From positions 1 to 31,266 of IMG/VR virus record IMGVR_UViG_3300044695_001827: a stretch of DNA of 31,266 nucleotides, one strand, 5' to 3'. A program made the position numbers and the translations under genes. This DNA comes from a virus (Duplodnaviria; Caudoviricetes). The notes beneath the pieces were generated by a model. That model was not told the DNA's origin, did no database searches, and saw only the letters and a list, made by a program, of their open reading frames with translations. Shown here one piece after another: positions 16,601-24,948 of the stretch (the stretch's first letter is position 1; each line of letters begins with the position of its first letter).

Positions 16601-19600
16601 ATTCATGCCATTGTTCAACTGCTGAACCATTCTGTCCCAGTTGGTTTCCGGGTTCACAATGGTCTCGCCGTTGACGATCTGACTGGCTCCAGTAGAACTG
16701 TAGGTCAGATGATGGTTAGGCGCGATAGAGCGGGTCGGCAACTTCGTGTAGTCATAGAACATCACATTCGGGAATGCATTGATGATCGCCGCAAATGTCT
16801 GCGGCCTGAAATCAGATGTGACATTCAAGCGAATGGCAGGCTGATAAATCTGCTTGGGCTGCATGACTTGCTCACCAGCCTCATTCTCAACCTGCTCGAC
16901 CCCAGTCTCAGAGTTCGACCACTTCTCAAACTTTGCAATCTCGTCGTACAGAACGATGGCAAAGTCTTCTGAGTTCTGAACAATCGCCTCTGTCTTGAGG
17001 TACTGAGACAGGCGCGGACCAGACTTGAACTGTCCCTCACCTCCGTACAGAAGGTTCTGACCAGAGGTCTCACCCAAGCAAAGACCTTCGCAGATTGCAG
17101 ACTTGGGGCAAGTCGAAAGGTTCTGTTCGTTTATACGCTGTGCGCTTGCCAAACCAAGACCCATAGAGGCAACGCTCTTGCCATCATAGGTAAGACCGTA
17201 ATCACCGATACGGGTCTTCTGCAACTTGCCGTTCTCGCCCATCAGCGTTCCGACATTGTGTTCCTTCTTCAGGACATCACGGGCTTGCTTGAGACGAGCG
17301 CGTTTCCCCTTGGCATCAAGGGCAAGGTACTTGGTAACAGAGTCTGAAATGCTGCGTTCGATGTCTACAAGTTTGGTGTCCTTGGAGAGCGCACGGGTAC
17401 GCGGAGCGTCAAGAGTGAAGAGTTTGGTCTGCTTCATCTTTTTGGCATAGGACTCACCCTCTGCCAATTGGATGAAGAAGTCCTTGCGACCGTCTTCATA
17501 TTCCTGATCAATGTGCAACAACGAAGGATCAACTTGGATCAGCACATTCGCGCCGTCCATTGGCTGATCGATGTTGCCCGGATTCTGCATGACCTTCGGA
17601 CCACTTGATTCGTTGGTCAGGTAGATGCGATTGCTAGTTGGCGTGGAACCCTTGAGGCGTTTGTCTTGAATGGTACGACGAGCCGCCTCATTGGTGGCAG
17701 GGTAGTACAGTGTAACGGTGCCATTCTTGTTGAGTGGCAAGCCAAGGATTGGGTCATTCTCCTTGCCCTTGGCAAGATCCTTAGCCTCGTAAGGCTTCTT
17801 GATGGATTGCCGTGCGACAGGAACGATGGGTTCCAGTTGCCCTTCTGAAAGATACGGAAGTTCCCCAGTACGATTAAGGTACTCCTGCGCCATGGCAGCA
17901 TCTTCTGGGGTAGACTTTGCCGGGAATTTTCGCGACTCCCGGATGCTGGGCGCAACTGTTTTCCGTTGCTTTAATTTTTCAACTTCAGCATCGTAAGCGG
18001 CGAATGCCTGCTCTTCATACTTAGTTGAGTTCGGCCCAAAAGTATCTTCTTTTAGAGTCTCGCGAATGTTTTCTCTACTAGAATCTATACTGTCTTGAAG
18101 ATCGCTGTAGTCTCTTTGAAAATCAAATGCAGCCTGTGCGGCCCTTCTAGCAAAACTTTCTACTTCCGAGATCTTCTCACGCTCTACTGCTTCCGCTGCA
18201 TCAAGTGCTGCGATTTCAGAATCAATTTCATCTAGAGTCTTTTCTCTGGGTACACGCGACTCCCGTTCAATCGGCGGAATCCCAAGTCTTTCTCTAGCCA
18301 CATTCCGGGCTGCGATATCTCTTTCTGGATCGACAGTCTGAATGGTGTGGACATACGCACCATACTGATTATCACGACGATCTACAGCGCGACGCGCACC
18401 GCCGATGGTGTTGGCTTGACCAACTACTTCGCCAGTACGACTGTTGACAATGTTGTAGGTTGGTTCTTTGCGCGACTCCCGGATGCTGGGAGTCAGGGGG
18501 CTGAAGTCACCATTGTTGCCGATAGCAGACTTAATCTGACCGGGGTCGAAGACGGCGAGGTTCTTCTGACCGCCCTCTTCCACGAACATGCTGTCATAGC
18601 CAAGTTCCCGAATGGCATCAAGGATGGGGGCATTGCCATCACTACCCTCGATGGTCTGCCAGTTACCCTGACCAATCTCTTCAACCATGCTGGCGGTGAT
18701 ATCCGCGCCATTGTCTCTGGCTCGTTTAACCACTGCCTTGATATCGTCTTTGTTGCCATAGTCCCATGGCTTTTCAGCACGGACATAGACAGGTATGAGG
18801 TTGGCTCCAGAAGGAAGTCTCTTCTGGATGGCATCCAAATAGCGACTGCTACTACCTCCTGCTGCGGTGTCCTTGAAGATTTTAAGCAAGCCGGGGCGAA
18901 TGGCTTTACCGGCAGACACTTCCGCTACTGCTTTGTCTCTCGCCTCAGCGACCCTGTCGTACAGACTTGGGGTGAAAGCAGATGATCTTTGCAGTGTCTC
19001 ATTCAGGGCATCGATGACCTGCTCATCACTCATGAAGTCAGTGAAGTTTTCGACCATGTAGTCTTGAGACAGTGCTGAGAACTCTTCAGCGAATCTGGGA
19101 CTACGAGTCAGGAACACAGACCCTGCTTGCTTGGGCTGGAACGCGGTGATGTCAGCAGCGGTTCCGTGGTAATAGACAAGCGGACGCTTGCTGTTGTCTA
19201 CAGCCTTACTGCTACCAAACCAGTTCCAGAAGTTCCGCAACCCATCCATAGTGGGACGGGTCGGGGTGTTGAATACCTCCGGCCCTTCGAAGCCTGAGTA
19301 AATGAGGCGGCCTTCAGAGTCCCTTGTCGGAACTTCCTGCTCGTCCACAGTGATCTTGGGCGGCACCGGATCAATGGTTGATCTGGATTCCCTTACTGCA
19401 TTTAAACGCAAACTGTTGATAGCAGGGACAGCCACAGCAGGGGTTTCCTGCTGAACCTTCTGAACCGTTTCTTGCCGGAACTGATTGCGATCTTGCGGGG
19501 TGGCAAAGAGCCTTTGAACGCGATCTGGCAACTGACCCTGTTCCGCCAAGCGTTCTTCCGTAGCACGGAAGGTGCGAATACGACCGCGCTCTCTGGCTCC

Positions 19601-21583
19601 GACAGCACCCTGCTCAAACCGACGAATGACATCTTCGTAGGTCTGGAACCCTGCACCGGTCAGGGCATTCTTGGTCTTGTCGAAGAAGTTGATTGCCCGT
19701 TCAGACAGATTTCTAGGCTTACCGGCAACACGGGAAATGTTACCGGCTACATCCCGTATGAGATCTGCAACGCTTTCTTCAACCTGAATGACCTTGTTCT
19801 GATCGGCATAGTTCTCTTGGGCAATCTGTAGGTAGGTCTTATCCGTACCCGGCTTCTTCAGATTGCTGGCAGCACCCTCAAGGTTCTTCCACTCAGAACG
19901 CTTCCAAAGGTCTAGGTATCGCAGAGCATGCACTACCTCGTGACGGAGAACCCCTCTAAGGGCTTCCCGCCTCTGGTTGGTATCTAGGTTACCCTGCGGA
20001 TCTACAGCGTCTACAGCAAGGAATACGCGCCTTACAACGGGGTCGAAGAGACCTTCCGAGGTAAGAGCCTCGCCTCTACGGGTAAAGACCCTGTTGTTGA
20101 TGCTAAGACCAACATCATTCAGGCCAAACCCTTTCAGGGCATCAGAAAGAGATGACTGGAGAGGCTCAAGTTGCTTGATGACCTCTGCTCTTCCCCTTGT
20201 CGTATTGTTTAAACTTAACGATAGGGAGTCCGCTCTATCACGGCTATCAAGATCCTGTCCGTATTGGGTGCCGGTCTTGTCCGTGACAATGAACTTGGGC
20301 GCACCATCAATCGTCTTTTCCTCGACCTTGAACTCCGCATTGACAGGGATGTAATTGCCGATGGTGTCGTAGATTTTCTGTGCGTAAGCATCGCCATACT
20401 GGACAGGAGTGGCTTCTGTCTGCCCCGCGCCAATAGGTATCTTGTTGAGTTCCGGGGCGGAAATGCTCTTAGCCTTTTCGAATGCCTGATTCCGCAGTTC
20501 ATCGAGGATGTTGTTCTCAATCTGAGAACCCAACTCCTCGTTCCCACGGACACGCGCTTCAATGCGGCGTTGTGCAAAGTCTTGCACCCCAGCAAATGTA
20601 AGACCGATTCCTCCGCCAGCAATGCCAGCCTCAAGACCAATCAGACCGGCTGTGGTTGGATCAAACCCAGCCTTTGTACCTGCCGTCTGGGCAACATACT
20701 GACCTATCTCTTGGATTGCTTCAGTTCCACCTTGGATGGCGGTCTCACCAAGAATGGTTTCTGCTCTACCAAACCTTGCAGTAGCGAACTTCTCAAGTTT
20801 CGATTGCAATACAGCAGAAGCACCAGCAGCGGCAACATCAGCCACAGTGGCATCTTCGAAATTTCTGCCATCATTCTTTAGGCGTTCATTAAGGGTTTCA
20901 TTAGTCAACGAAACAATATATGCAGGCGCTGCATAAAGTGCTGATGCCATATCTGGAATAGATACAGCAAATCTTTCAAGCACAAACGGAACAACATTCA
21001 ACGGGTTATCAGCCAACTCCTTGAGTTGAGTTCCGTATGAATAATTAACCTTCTCAGATTCTTCCTTGAATCTTTCTGCTGCGCCTTGTAGACCCGGAGC
21101 AACAGCAGTCAACCCTGCCTTCACGCCACCAAGTATTGGTGATGTGGCATATGCAGTTTCGGGAATTGCAGAAGGAATCCTGCTAGTCCCTTCAAGAAGA
21201 TTGCCAAGTATGTCCTGCGCTCTTGATACGCCACCTACCAGAACATTGCTGGTTTTTCCTTCCTCTATTGCTTGTCTCTCAAGTTCGCCATATACGGATT
21301 GCAAAGGGGGTTCACTGACTGCCTTATAAGAAGCAGCCAATTGAGGCGTAACAGGTGCGCCGAACAGGTCTTGGAAAGATCTTCCTGCGCCTTGACCGGG
21401 AGTGATTGGCGCAGGACGAACTGGAGCAGCCTCTGTTTGAGCAGGCTCCTCTACGGGTCGTCCAATTTCCCACCAGTTCTGCTTCGCCTTATCTTCAGTA
21501 TCGCTTTCAGCAATCGAACCTTTTGCAGAAACGGTGTCAATGTCTTGGACGGGCTTACCAATCTCCCACCAGTTCGCAGACAT
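13634..21583 (-). CDS. giant polyvalent internal virion/ejection protein (2649 aa): zincin peptidase, ADP-ribosyltransferase, ART-like and GP88-like domains, helical C-terminus
   Basis: LRHEVVHAL...EESVAD (~19950-19770); YHGT / FLT / PVYV / GYDS / FDPGQIKSAIGNNG (~19340-18500); TCPKSAICEGLCLG, RLNVTSD, FYDYTK, DGDNYDARFLD (~17250-16385); last large gene of the virion module. Confidence 0.85.
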   Translation of the reverse strand: MSANWWEIGKPVQDIDTVSAKGSIAESDTEDKAKQNWWEIGRPVEEPAQTEAAPVRPAPITPGQGAGRSFQDLFGAPVTPQLAASYKAVSEPPLQSVYGELERQAIEEGKTSNVLVGGVSRAQDILGNLLEGTSRIPSAIPETAYATSPILGGVKAGLTAVAPGLQGAAERFKEESEKVNYSYGTQLKELADNPLNVVPFVLERFAVSIPDMASALYAAPAYIVSLTNETLNERLKNDGRNFEDATVADVAAAGASAVLQSKLEKFATARFGRAETILGETAIQGGTEAIQEIGQYVAQTAGTKAGFDPTTAGLIGLEAGIAGGGIGLTFAGVQDFAQRRIEARVRGNEELGSQIENNILDELRNQAFEKAKSISAPELNKIPIGAGQTEATPVQYGDAYAQKIYDTIGNYIPVNAEFKVEEKTIDGAPKFIVTDKTGTQYGQDLDSRDRADSLSLSLNNTTRGRAEVIKQLEPLQSSLSDALKGFGLNDVGLSINNRVFTRRGEALTSEGLFDPVVRRVFLAVDAVDPQGNLDTNQRREALRGVLRHEVVHALRYLDLWKRSEWKNLEGAASNLKKPGTDKTYLQIAQENYADQNKVIQVEESVADLIRDVAGNISRVAGKPRNLSERAINFFDKTKNALTGAGFQTYEDVIRRFEQGAVGARERGRIRTFRATEERLAEQGQLPDRVQRLFATPQDRNQFRQETVQKVQQETPAVAVPAINSLRLNAVRESRSTIDPVPPKITVDEQEVPTRDSEGRLIYSGFEGPEVFNTPTRPTMDGLRNFWNWFGSSKAVDNSKRPLVYYHGTAADITAFQPKQAGSVFLTRSPRFAEEFSALSQDYMVENFTDFMSDEQVIDALNETLQRSSAFTPSLYDRVAEARDKAVAEVSAGKAIRPGLLKIFKDTAAGGSSSRYLDAIQKRLPSGANLIPVYVRAEKPWDYGNKDDIKAVVKRARDNGADITASMVEEIGQGNWQTIEGSDGNAPILDAIRELGYDSMFVEEGGQKNLAVFDPGQIKSAIGNNGDFSPLTPSIRESRKEPTYNIVNSRTGEVVGQANTIGGARRAVDRRDNQYGAYVHTIQTVDPERDIAARNVARERLGIPPIERESRVPREKTLDEIDSEIAALDAAEAVEREKISEVESFARRAAQAAFDFQRDYSDLQDSIDSSRENIRETLKEDTFGPNSTKYEEQAFAAYDAEVEKLKQRKTVAPSIRESRKFPAKSTPEDAAMAQEYLNRTGELPYLSEGQLEPIVPVARQSIKKPYEAKDLAKGKENDPILGLPLNKNGTVTLYYPATNEAARRTIQDKRLKGSTPTSNRIYLTNESSGPKVMQNPGNIDQPMDGANVLIQVDPSLLHIDQEYEDGRKDFFIQLAEGESYAKKMKQTKLFTLDAPRTRALSKDTKLVDIERSISDSVTKYLALDAKGKRARLKQARDVLKKEHNVGTLMGENGKLQKTRIGDYGLTYDGKSVASMGLGLASAQRINEQNLSTCPKSAICEGLCLGETSGQNLLYGGEGQFKSGPRLSQYLKTEAIVQNSEDFAIVLYDEIAKFEKWSNSETGVEQVENEAGEQVMQPKQIYQPAIRLNVTSDFRPQTFAAIINAFPNVMFYDYTKLPTRSIAPNHHLTYSSTGASQIVNGETIVNPETNWDRMVQQLNNGMNVAMAFTSRTDMPDFVVDERTGQRFQVWDGDNYDARFLDPKREDGIGMIVGLTNKDKTTKPEDAAKKYKGFFLDYDRARDGDALVIPNQGRLRIGAAPQGPVAEAARPPAAREARRRGTPIGPTQPGPTNDTDNTSAAEALNDGQPLDSIGTPTGPTISDTEPDGTVDISGARIAPLTRRIVVQMIQSAPDKLRSGLGLDDLAKRIENYYDTYASRLGVANGIIRDAFKRIDLGGKTAALTTFEEFIRARENGRTEDAQSILDMATDSERQLIDAWNEIARQTGEINTSIRTPDGKPMRVWDAKRNEWRPIRSVRNFFPRAFRREVMEVMQNPDLDPVLWQSLLDSLVEEGLAETTRDAENYLLREWFSDEVAQDYFAGVEKARTEPLPEIFYDYSWDAATRYLRKWSRRTAQIENFGQTIGKFQKEWFDKNIPKVRDQETQNYLNSIKERIYEIEQFNALTNMANWANSLATAVQLGNPVSASLNLLGGTITNVQDFGIKEIAKSYANLVLDWKNVQNEGTTLGILNKDFMNILNDHVEMDADKYFSKEQKISQALAKFSNFMLTVGGFNGAENIVRSSAMLAARARLNSFLNDVRNGSENDSVKRFREWVKRENLDVDSLILEDGAGKETEKFMRRAVNVPQGSYSIDMTPVFIDSAAGRFLLKYQKFGTQVNRFFYNHFLKVFYDNPTPRNFMRVAGFVGSAIIGGEAISAIREAFGYGDPGPDDEEIKKAFENEDTARGWSLIFSRAWQNIMTAGSLGFFANYAQFAKDWQDQQRVKNPFSPPGLASVDAVIDVFNRLRDQKKMTARDLDEIAETTLSFYRANKRIGLAAMDAIGSDAREVRRFAAQKEIREVREYGRRYSEAMEIEFKQRTAPGAVVRTPMTPVNKAITDALQQGDAARARLLVRKAVSGLRGEERDRVEASIRASVRNRQPIQIGGSAPSQQELQAFMRWSRQNLPAEKYQMIRRADMRYRRAASRAGMGIGD
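17931..18490 (-). repeat. exact 20-bp direct repeats at module junctions (encode PSIRESR)
   Basis: CGCGACTCCCGGATGCTGGG (+ strand) at 17931-17950 and 18471-18490; partial copy CGCGACTCCCG at 18255-18265. Confidence 0.9.
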
Positions 21584-22944
21584 TACGGCTTGATCCTTAC
21601 GACTCCATCAGGGCCGCGATAACGCTGTCCCTTGCTGAGTGAGTTCAATTCATTTGGGGTGGTTACATTAACTACGGAAGAAGGTGAGTAAATACCTGCG
21701 GCCTCAAGAGACTTGATTGTCTGTTCTCTGGCGGAAGAAAGCAGTTGTTCCGGAGTTGGGACAATTGGATTGCCGTCTTCGTCGTTTCCGTAATCAGCGT
21801 CCTTCATCTCCTTCACGACTTCTTTAAAGATGCTTCCATAAGTAGAAGAGAATTGACGCTCATCAAGCCCTCTTTCACGAGCCGCATCCTTTACTGCCTG
21901 CTCAATGGACTGAGAAATTCCAATAGACAATCTCAGGGCATCGTTAAATGCCGCAGCCTGATCTCTACCAGCCTCGCGCTGTTGTGTGAACGCCCACTGA
22001 GCAAACTGATTCTGATCGCGAACAAACTCACGCTGCTTGTTCTCATCGTTCGTGATGTTCTGGGCCTGCATCATGAATGCTTGATCCGCCACGGATCTCT
22101 GACCACGAATTGCTTCGCGTTCCGAAGCCCGATAATCCTGACGAGCAGCACGGCGTTCCGCAGAGGCAACCTCACGAGCGCGACCAAGCGTTTGCTCTAC
22201 AGCCTCAGTGGCAGATGCCAGACCTTCTGCTGGTTTTCCTGCTGCAACACCCGCTCCAAGCCTCATAAGTGTTGAGGCAATAGCAGCCTTACGAGCCTCA
22301 TCCTGAGCAGCCTGAATCGGAGATTCGGCTTCTTTGAGGTATCTCTCAGCGGCAGCAATATCCTCAGCCCTTCTCGTGTCGCCCATAGCATTTAACTGAG
22401 AAAGAAGTTCAGCGCGACGAGCCTCTTGTTGAGGGTCGAAGTACTGCTCACGGGTAGGTCTAAGCCTCTGCAAACTTTCAGCAGAGACTCCACCCACATT
22501 GGGCATAAGACCACGAATCGTTTTGAACGCTTCAGGAAGACGGCCCATCATGTTTGAAAACATGGCTGCGCCGGGGTCTGCACCCGGAGCCACGCCACCT
22601 ACCTGCATGTAAGCAATACCACCCGGCGTGATACCACCGCCTGCCATACCTACCGGGGGCGGCATAGGGCCACCCTGAGGAGGCATCTGAGGTGCCATGG
22701 GGGGCGCACTGGTCATCTCTGGAGCCATGCCAGTGGAGCCGATACCGCCCTGAAGGATCTGGTCCTTGACGGTCGCCTGCTGTCCCTGCTGTGCAGCCTG
22801 AAAACGCTGACGCATGTCCTGACGGCGCTGTACTTCAGACACCGCAAGGAACTGGGGGATGCGACCAGAAGGAAACTGGGCTTCTTGGAACAGTGCCTGA
22901 TCAGGAAGCCCCTTGACCAAGTCTTCTGCTTCGATGATGTTCAT
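21583..22944 (-). CDS. internal virion/ejection protein (453 aa)
   Basis: Ala/Gln/Arg-rich helical protein; C-terminal LSKGQRYRGPDG motif; position ahead of the giant protein. Confidence 0.7.
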   Translation of the reverse strand: MNIIEAEDLVKGLPDQALFQEAQFPSGRIPQFLAVSEVQRRQDMRQRFQAAQQGQQATVKDQILQGGIGSTGMAPEMTSAPPMAPQMPPQGGPMPPPVGMAGGGITPGGIAYMQVGGVAPGADPGAAMFSNMMGRLPEAFKTIRGLMPNVGGVSAESLQRLRPTREQYFDPQQEARRAELLSQLNAMGDTRRAEDIAAAERYLKEAESPIQAAQDEARKAAIASTLMRLGAGVAAGKPAEGLASATEAVEQTLGRAREVASAERRAARQDYRASEREAIRGQRSVADQAFMMQAQNITNDENKQREFVRDQNQFAQWAFTQQREAGRDQAAAFNDALRLSIGISQSIEQAVKDAARERGLDERQFSSTYGSIFKEVVKEMKDADYGNDEDGNPIVPTPEQLLSSAREQTIKSLEAAGIYSPSSVVNVTTPNELNSLSKGQRYRGPDGVVRIKP

Positions 22945-22947
22945 TGT

Positions 22948-24507
22948 TTAACTCTGCCTGCCTCTTCCGCCAAAGGCTTGGTATAGACCCAACGCACCGA
23001 TTCCTGCACCCAACGCCTGCTGTTCCGGTGACGGAACCCTGCCGAATGTCGAGACCGTGCTGCCGGGTGTAACAGGGACACCCTGCAACAGGTTGCTAAG
23101 ATACCCCAACTGTTCCCGTCCGTATGCCTGCTGACGCAGGAAGTCTTCGTAGCCAAGATCCAGACCACGCTGCATGAGACCACGGCGCTCTGAACCCACC
23201 CCGCCCAGTGCGGCAAGGCGCTGAAGGTCCATCTCCTGCTGTCTTCCACCGAAGCCGGACAGAAGTTCCGCCGCAGCCAGTCGCTGTGCCTGACCGGCAC
23301 GATCAGAGGACAGTCCCTCCAGACCCAGAAGCGCCCTCTGACGCTGCTGTTCGATGTTGAACTGCTGGGCTTGGGTACGGAATTCCTGCTCTGCACGACG
23401 GGCAGCATCGGTCTGCTGCTGTGCAGTGAGTCCAAGACGGGCTGCTTCCTGACGGGCCTGTTCACCGGCCTGCTGCGACTGCAACTGGAACTGAGCCTGC
23501 TGCTGACGAGCCGCCTCTTGGGCTTGGAACCCGCTGAGTCCCAACTGAGCCTGAGCCTGACGACCAGCCTCCGTCTGCTGGAATGCACTCTGGCGGAACT
23601 GTTCCGCAGCCTGCCGGGAAGCCTCTGCTTGCTGTTGGGCGCTCATGCCCATCTCAGCAGCCCTCTGTCTGGCACCCTCCTGCGCTTGGAACGCCCCTAG
23701 GCCAAACTGAGCCTGTTGGAGACGAGCAGCACGATCAGCCTCAAACCCGGCACGGGCCTGCTCAAATCCAGCCTGAGAGCCTCTGGCTTGGATATCTCCC
23801 AACTGCTGACCCAAGTTCCGCTGACGCTCTGCCTCAAGGAGGGTTGCACGGGTTCCGCCCAACGCACCGGCACGAGCCGCCCCTGCGCCTACCTGAGGAC
23901 GCTGTGTTTCAGAGGCACGAACAGCCTCACGCTTCTCGATATCAGTGACCGCCTGTTGATAAGGCGACATGTAAGAAGTAAGGGTTCCGGGAGCCGCCAT
24001 GGAACCGGCTTCGAACCCTGCCTGAACCTGACCTGCCTGATACCCCGGCGCAAACTCACGGGCTTGGAACTGGGGCTGGTAACCCATGGCCTGATAGCCC
24101 GGACCCACCGCACCAGCCTGATAGTCCGCACCGAACTGACCCGGCCCATATCCTGTCTGGAACTGAGTGGCACGATAATCAGGGCTGATAGCACCGGGCT
24201 GGAACTGACTGGCGATATCCATGCCAGAAGGCATCTGCCCGTAGCCCACCTGAGCGGCGATGTCAGAGGCCATGCCCAGTTGTTCAGGACGCTGAAGACC
24301 GGCAATGCCTCTCTGTGCAGCGGTCTCTTCAGGGGCGAACTGCGCGAGACGCTGACCGCCATAAGGTTGATACGGACGCGCACTCTCGAAGAGTCCTCGC
24401 TGGAGAACCTGTTCGAAGTACGGCTGTACATAAGCCGGTAGGTTGCTCTGTGTAACCGTTGAGGTTACTTGCTGTTGACCACTACCACTGCCGCCGCCGC
24501 TGCTCAT
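22948..24507 (-). CDS. Gln/Ala/Gly-rich internal virion (DNA transfer/pilot-like) protein
   Basis: Gly/Ser-rich N-terminus, YMSPYQQAV, GALGGTR, internal YQAG and QQAQFGL repeats, amphipathic GAGIGALGLY end. Confidence 0.75.
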   Translation of the reverse strand: MSSGGGSGSGQQQVTSTVTQSNLPAYVQPYFEQVLQRGLFESARPYQPYGGQRLAQFAPEETAAQRGIAGLQRPEQLGMASDIAAQVGYGQMPSGMDIASQFQPGAISPDYRATQFQTGYGPGQFGADYQAGAVGPGYQAMGYQPQFQAREFAPGYQAGQVQAGFEAGSMAAPGTLTSYMSPYQQAVTDIEKREAVRASETQRPQVGAGAARAGALGGTRATLLEAERQRNLGQQLGDIQARGSQAGFEQARAGFEADRAARLQQAQFGLGAFQAQEGARQRAAEMGMSAQQQAEASRQAAEQFRQSAFQQTEAGRQAQAQLGLSGFQAQEAARQQQAQFQLQSQQAGEQARQEAARLGLTAQQQTDAARRAEQEFRTQAQQFNIEQQRQRALLGLEGLSSDRAGQAQRLAAAELLSGFGGRQQEMDLQRLAALGGVGSERRGLMQRGLDLGYEDFLRQQAYGREQLGYLSNLLQGVPVTPGSTVSTFGRVPSPEQQALGAGIGALGLYQAFGGRGRQS

Positions 24508-24947
24508 TGTGCTACCTCATCAAAATGCTTTTCGTAGACCACCGTCTTGACGGTGTACCCGCGCTTCTTGACATGCGGTTCCCAACCGGGGCGACCGAAA
24601 AACTCGATGCCATGACAGCCCATGTCCTTAGCGAACCCGTCTGCCATCTCATGCATCTTGTCTTCAATATGCTTCATGTGGTTCGGTGTCATAGCGCAAT
24701 ACTGGACAACGAACATCTTCTTCTGTGGGTATGACTTGATCTCAGTCATCACGAACCCATGTATCTCATCGGTGTTCTGGTCATAGACAGCCCACAACTG
24801 CATCTGTCCGGTCAATGCGAATCGGACGATGTCATCGATGTTTGCCCGTCCCATAGCCCATGACTCTGATTCGTTCAGGTAACGGACAAGATGTGGGATC
24901 AGGTAACTGATCTTTCCGTATGGGACAAGTGAGATATCAAGATTCAT
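24504..24947 (-). CDS. GNAT-like protein of the podophage virion module
   Basis: GQMQLW, TEIKSYPQKK, FAKDMGCHGIEFFGRPGW; start placed at MNLDIS just after the upstream stop. Confidence 0.65.
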   Translation of the reverse strand: MNLDISLVPYGKISYLIPHLVRYLNESESWAMGRANIDDIVRFALTGQMQLWAVYDQNTDEIHGFVMTEIKSYPQKKMFVVQYCAMTPNHMKHIEDKMHEMADGFAKDMGCHGIEFFGRPGWEPHVKKRGYTVKTVVYEKHFDEVAQ

Positions 24948-24948
24948 A

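Noticed and set aside
17931-18490. Direct repeats as CRISPR, DGR or attachment sites
   Set aside because: Only two full copies, in frame within a gene; no reverse transcriptase, adenine-specific variation or integrase in the window.
22941-23588. 215-aa alternative-frame ORF suggesting a programmed frameshift
   Set aside because: Its Ser/Arg-rich sequence is the expected off-frame reading of Gln/Ala codons, and I saw no slippery site.
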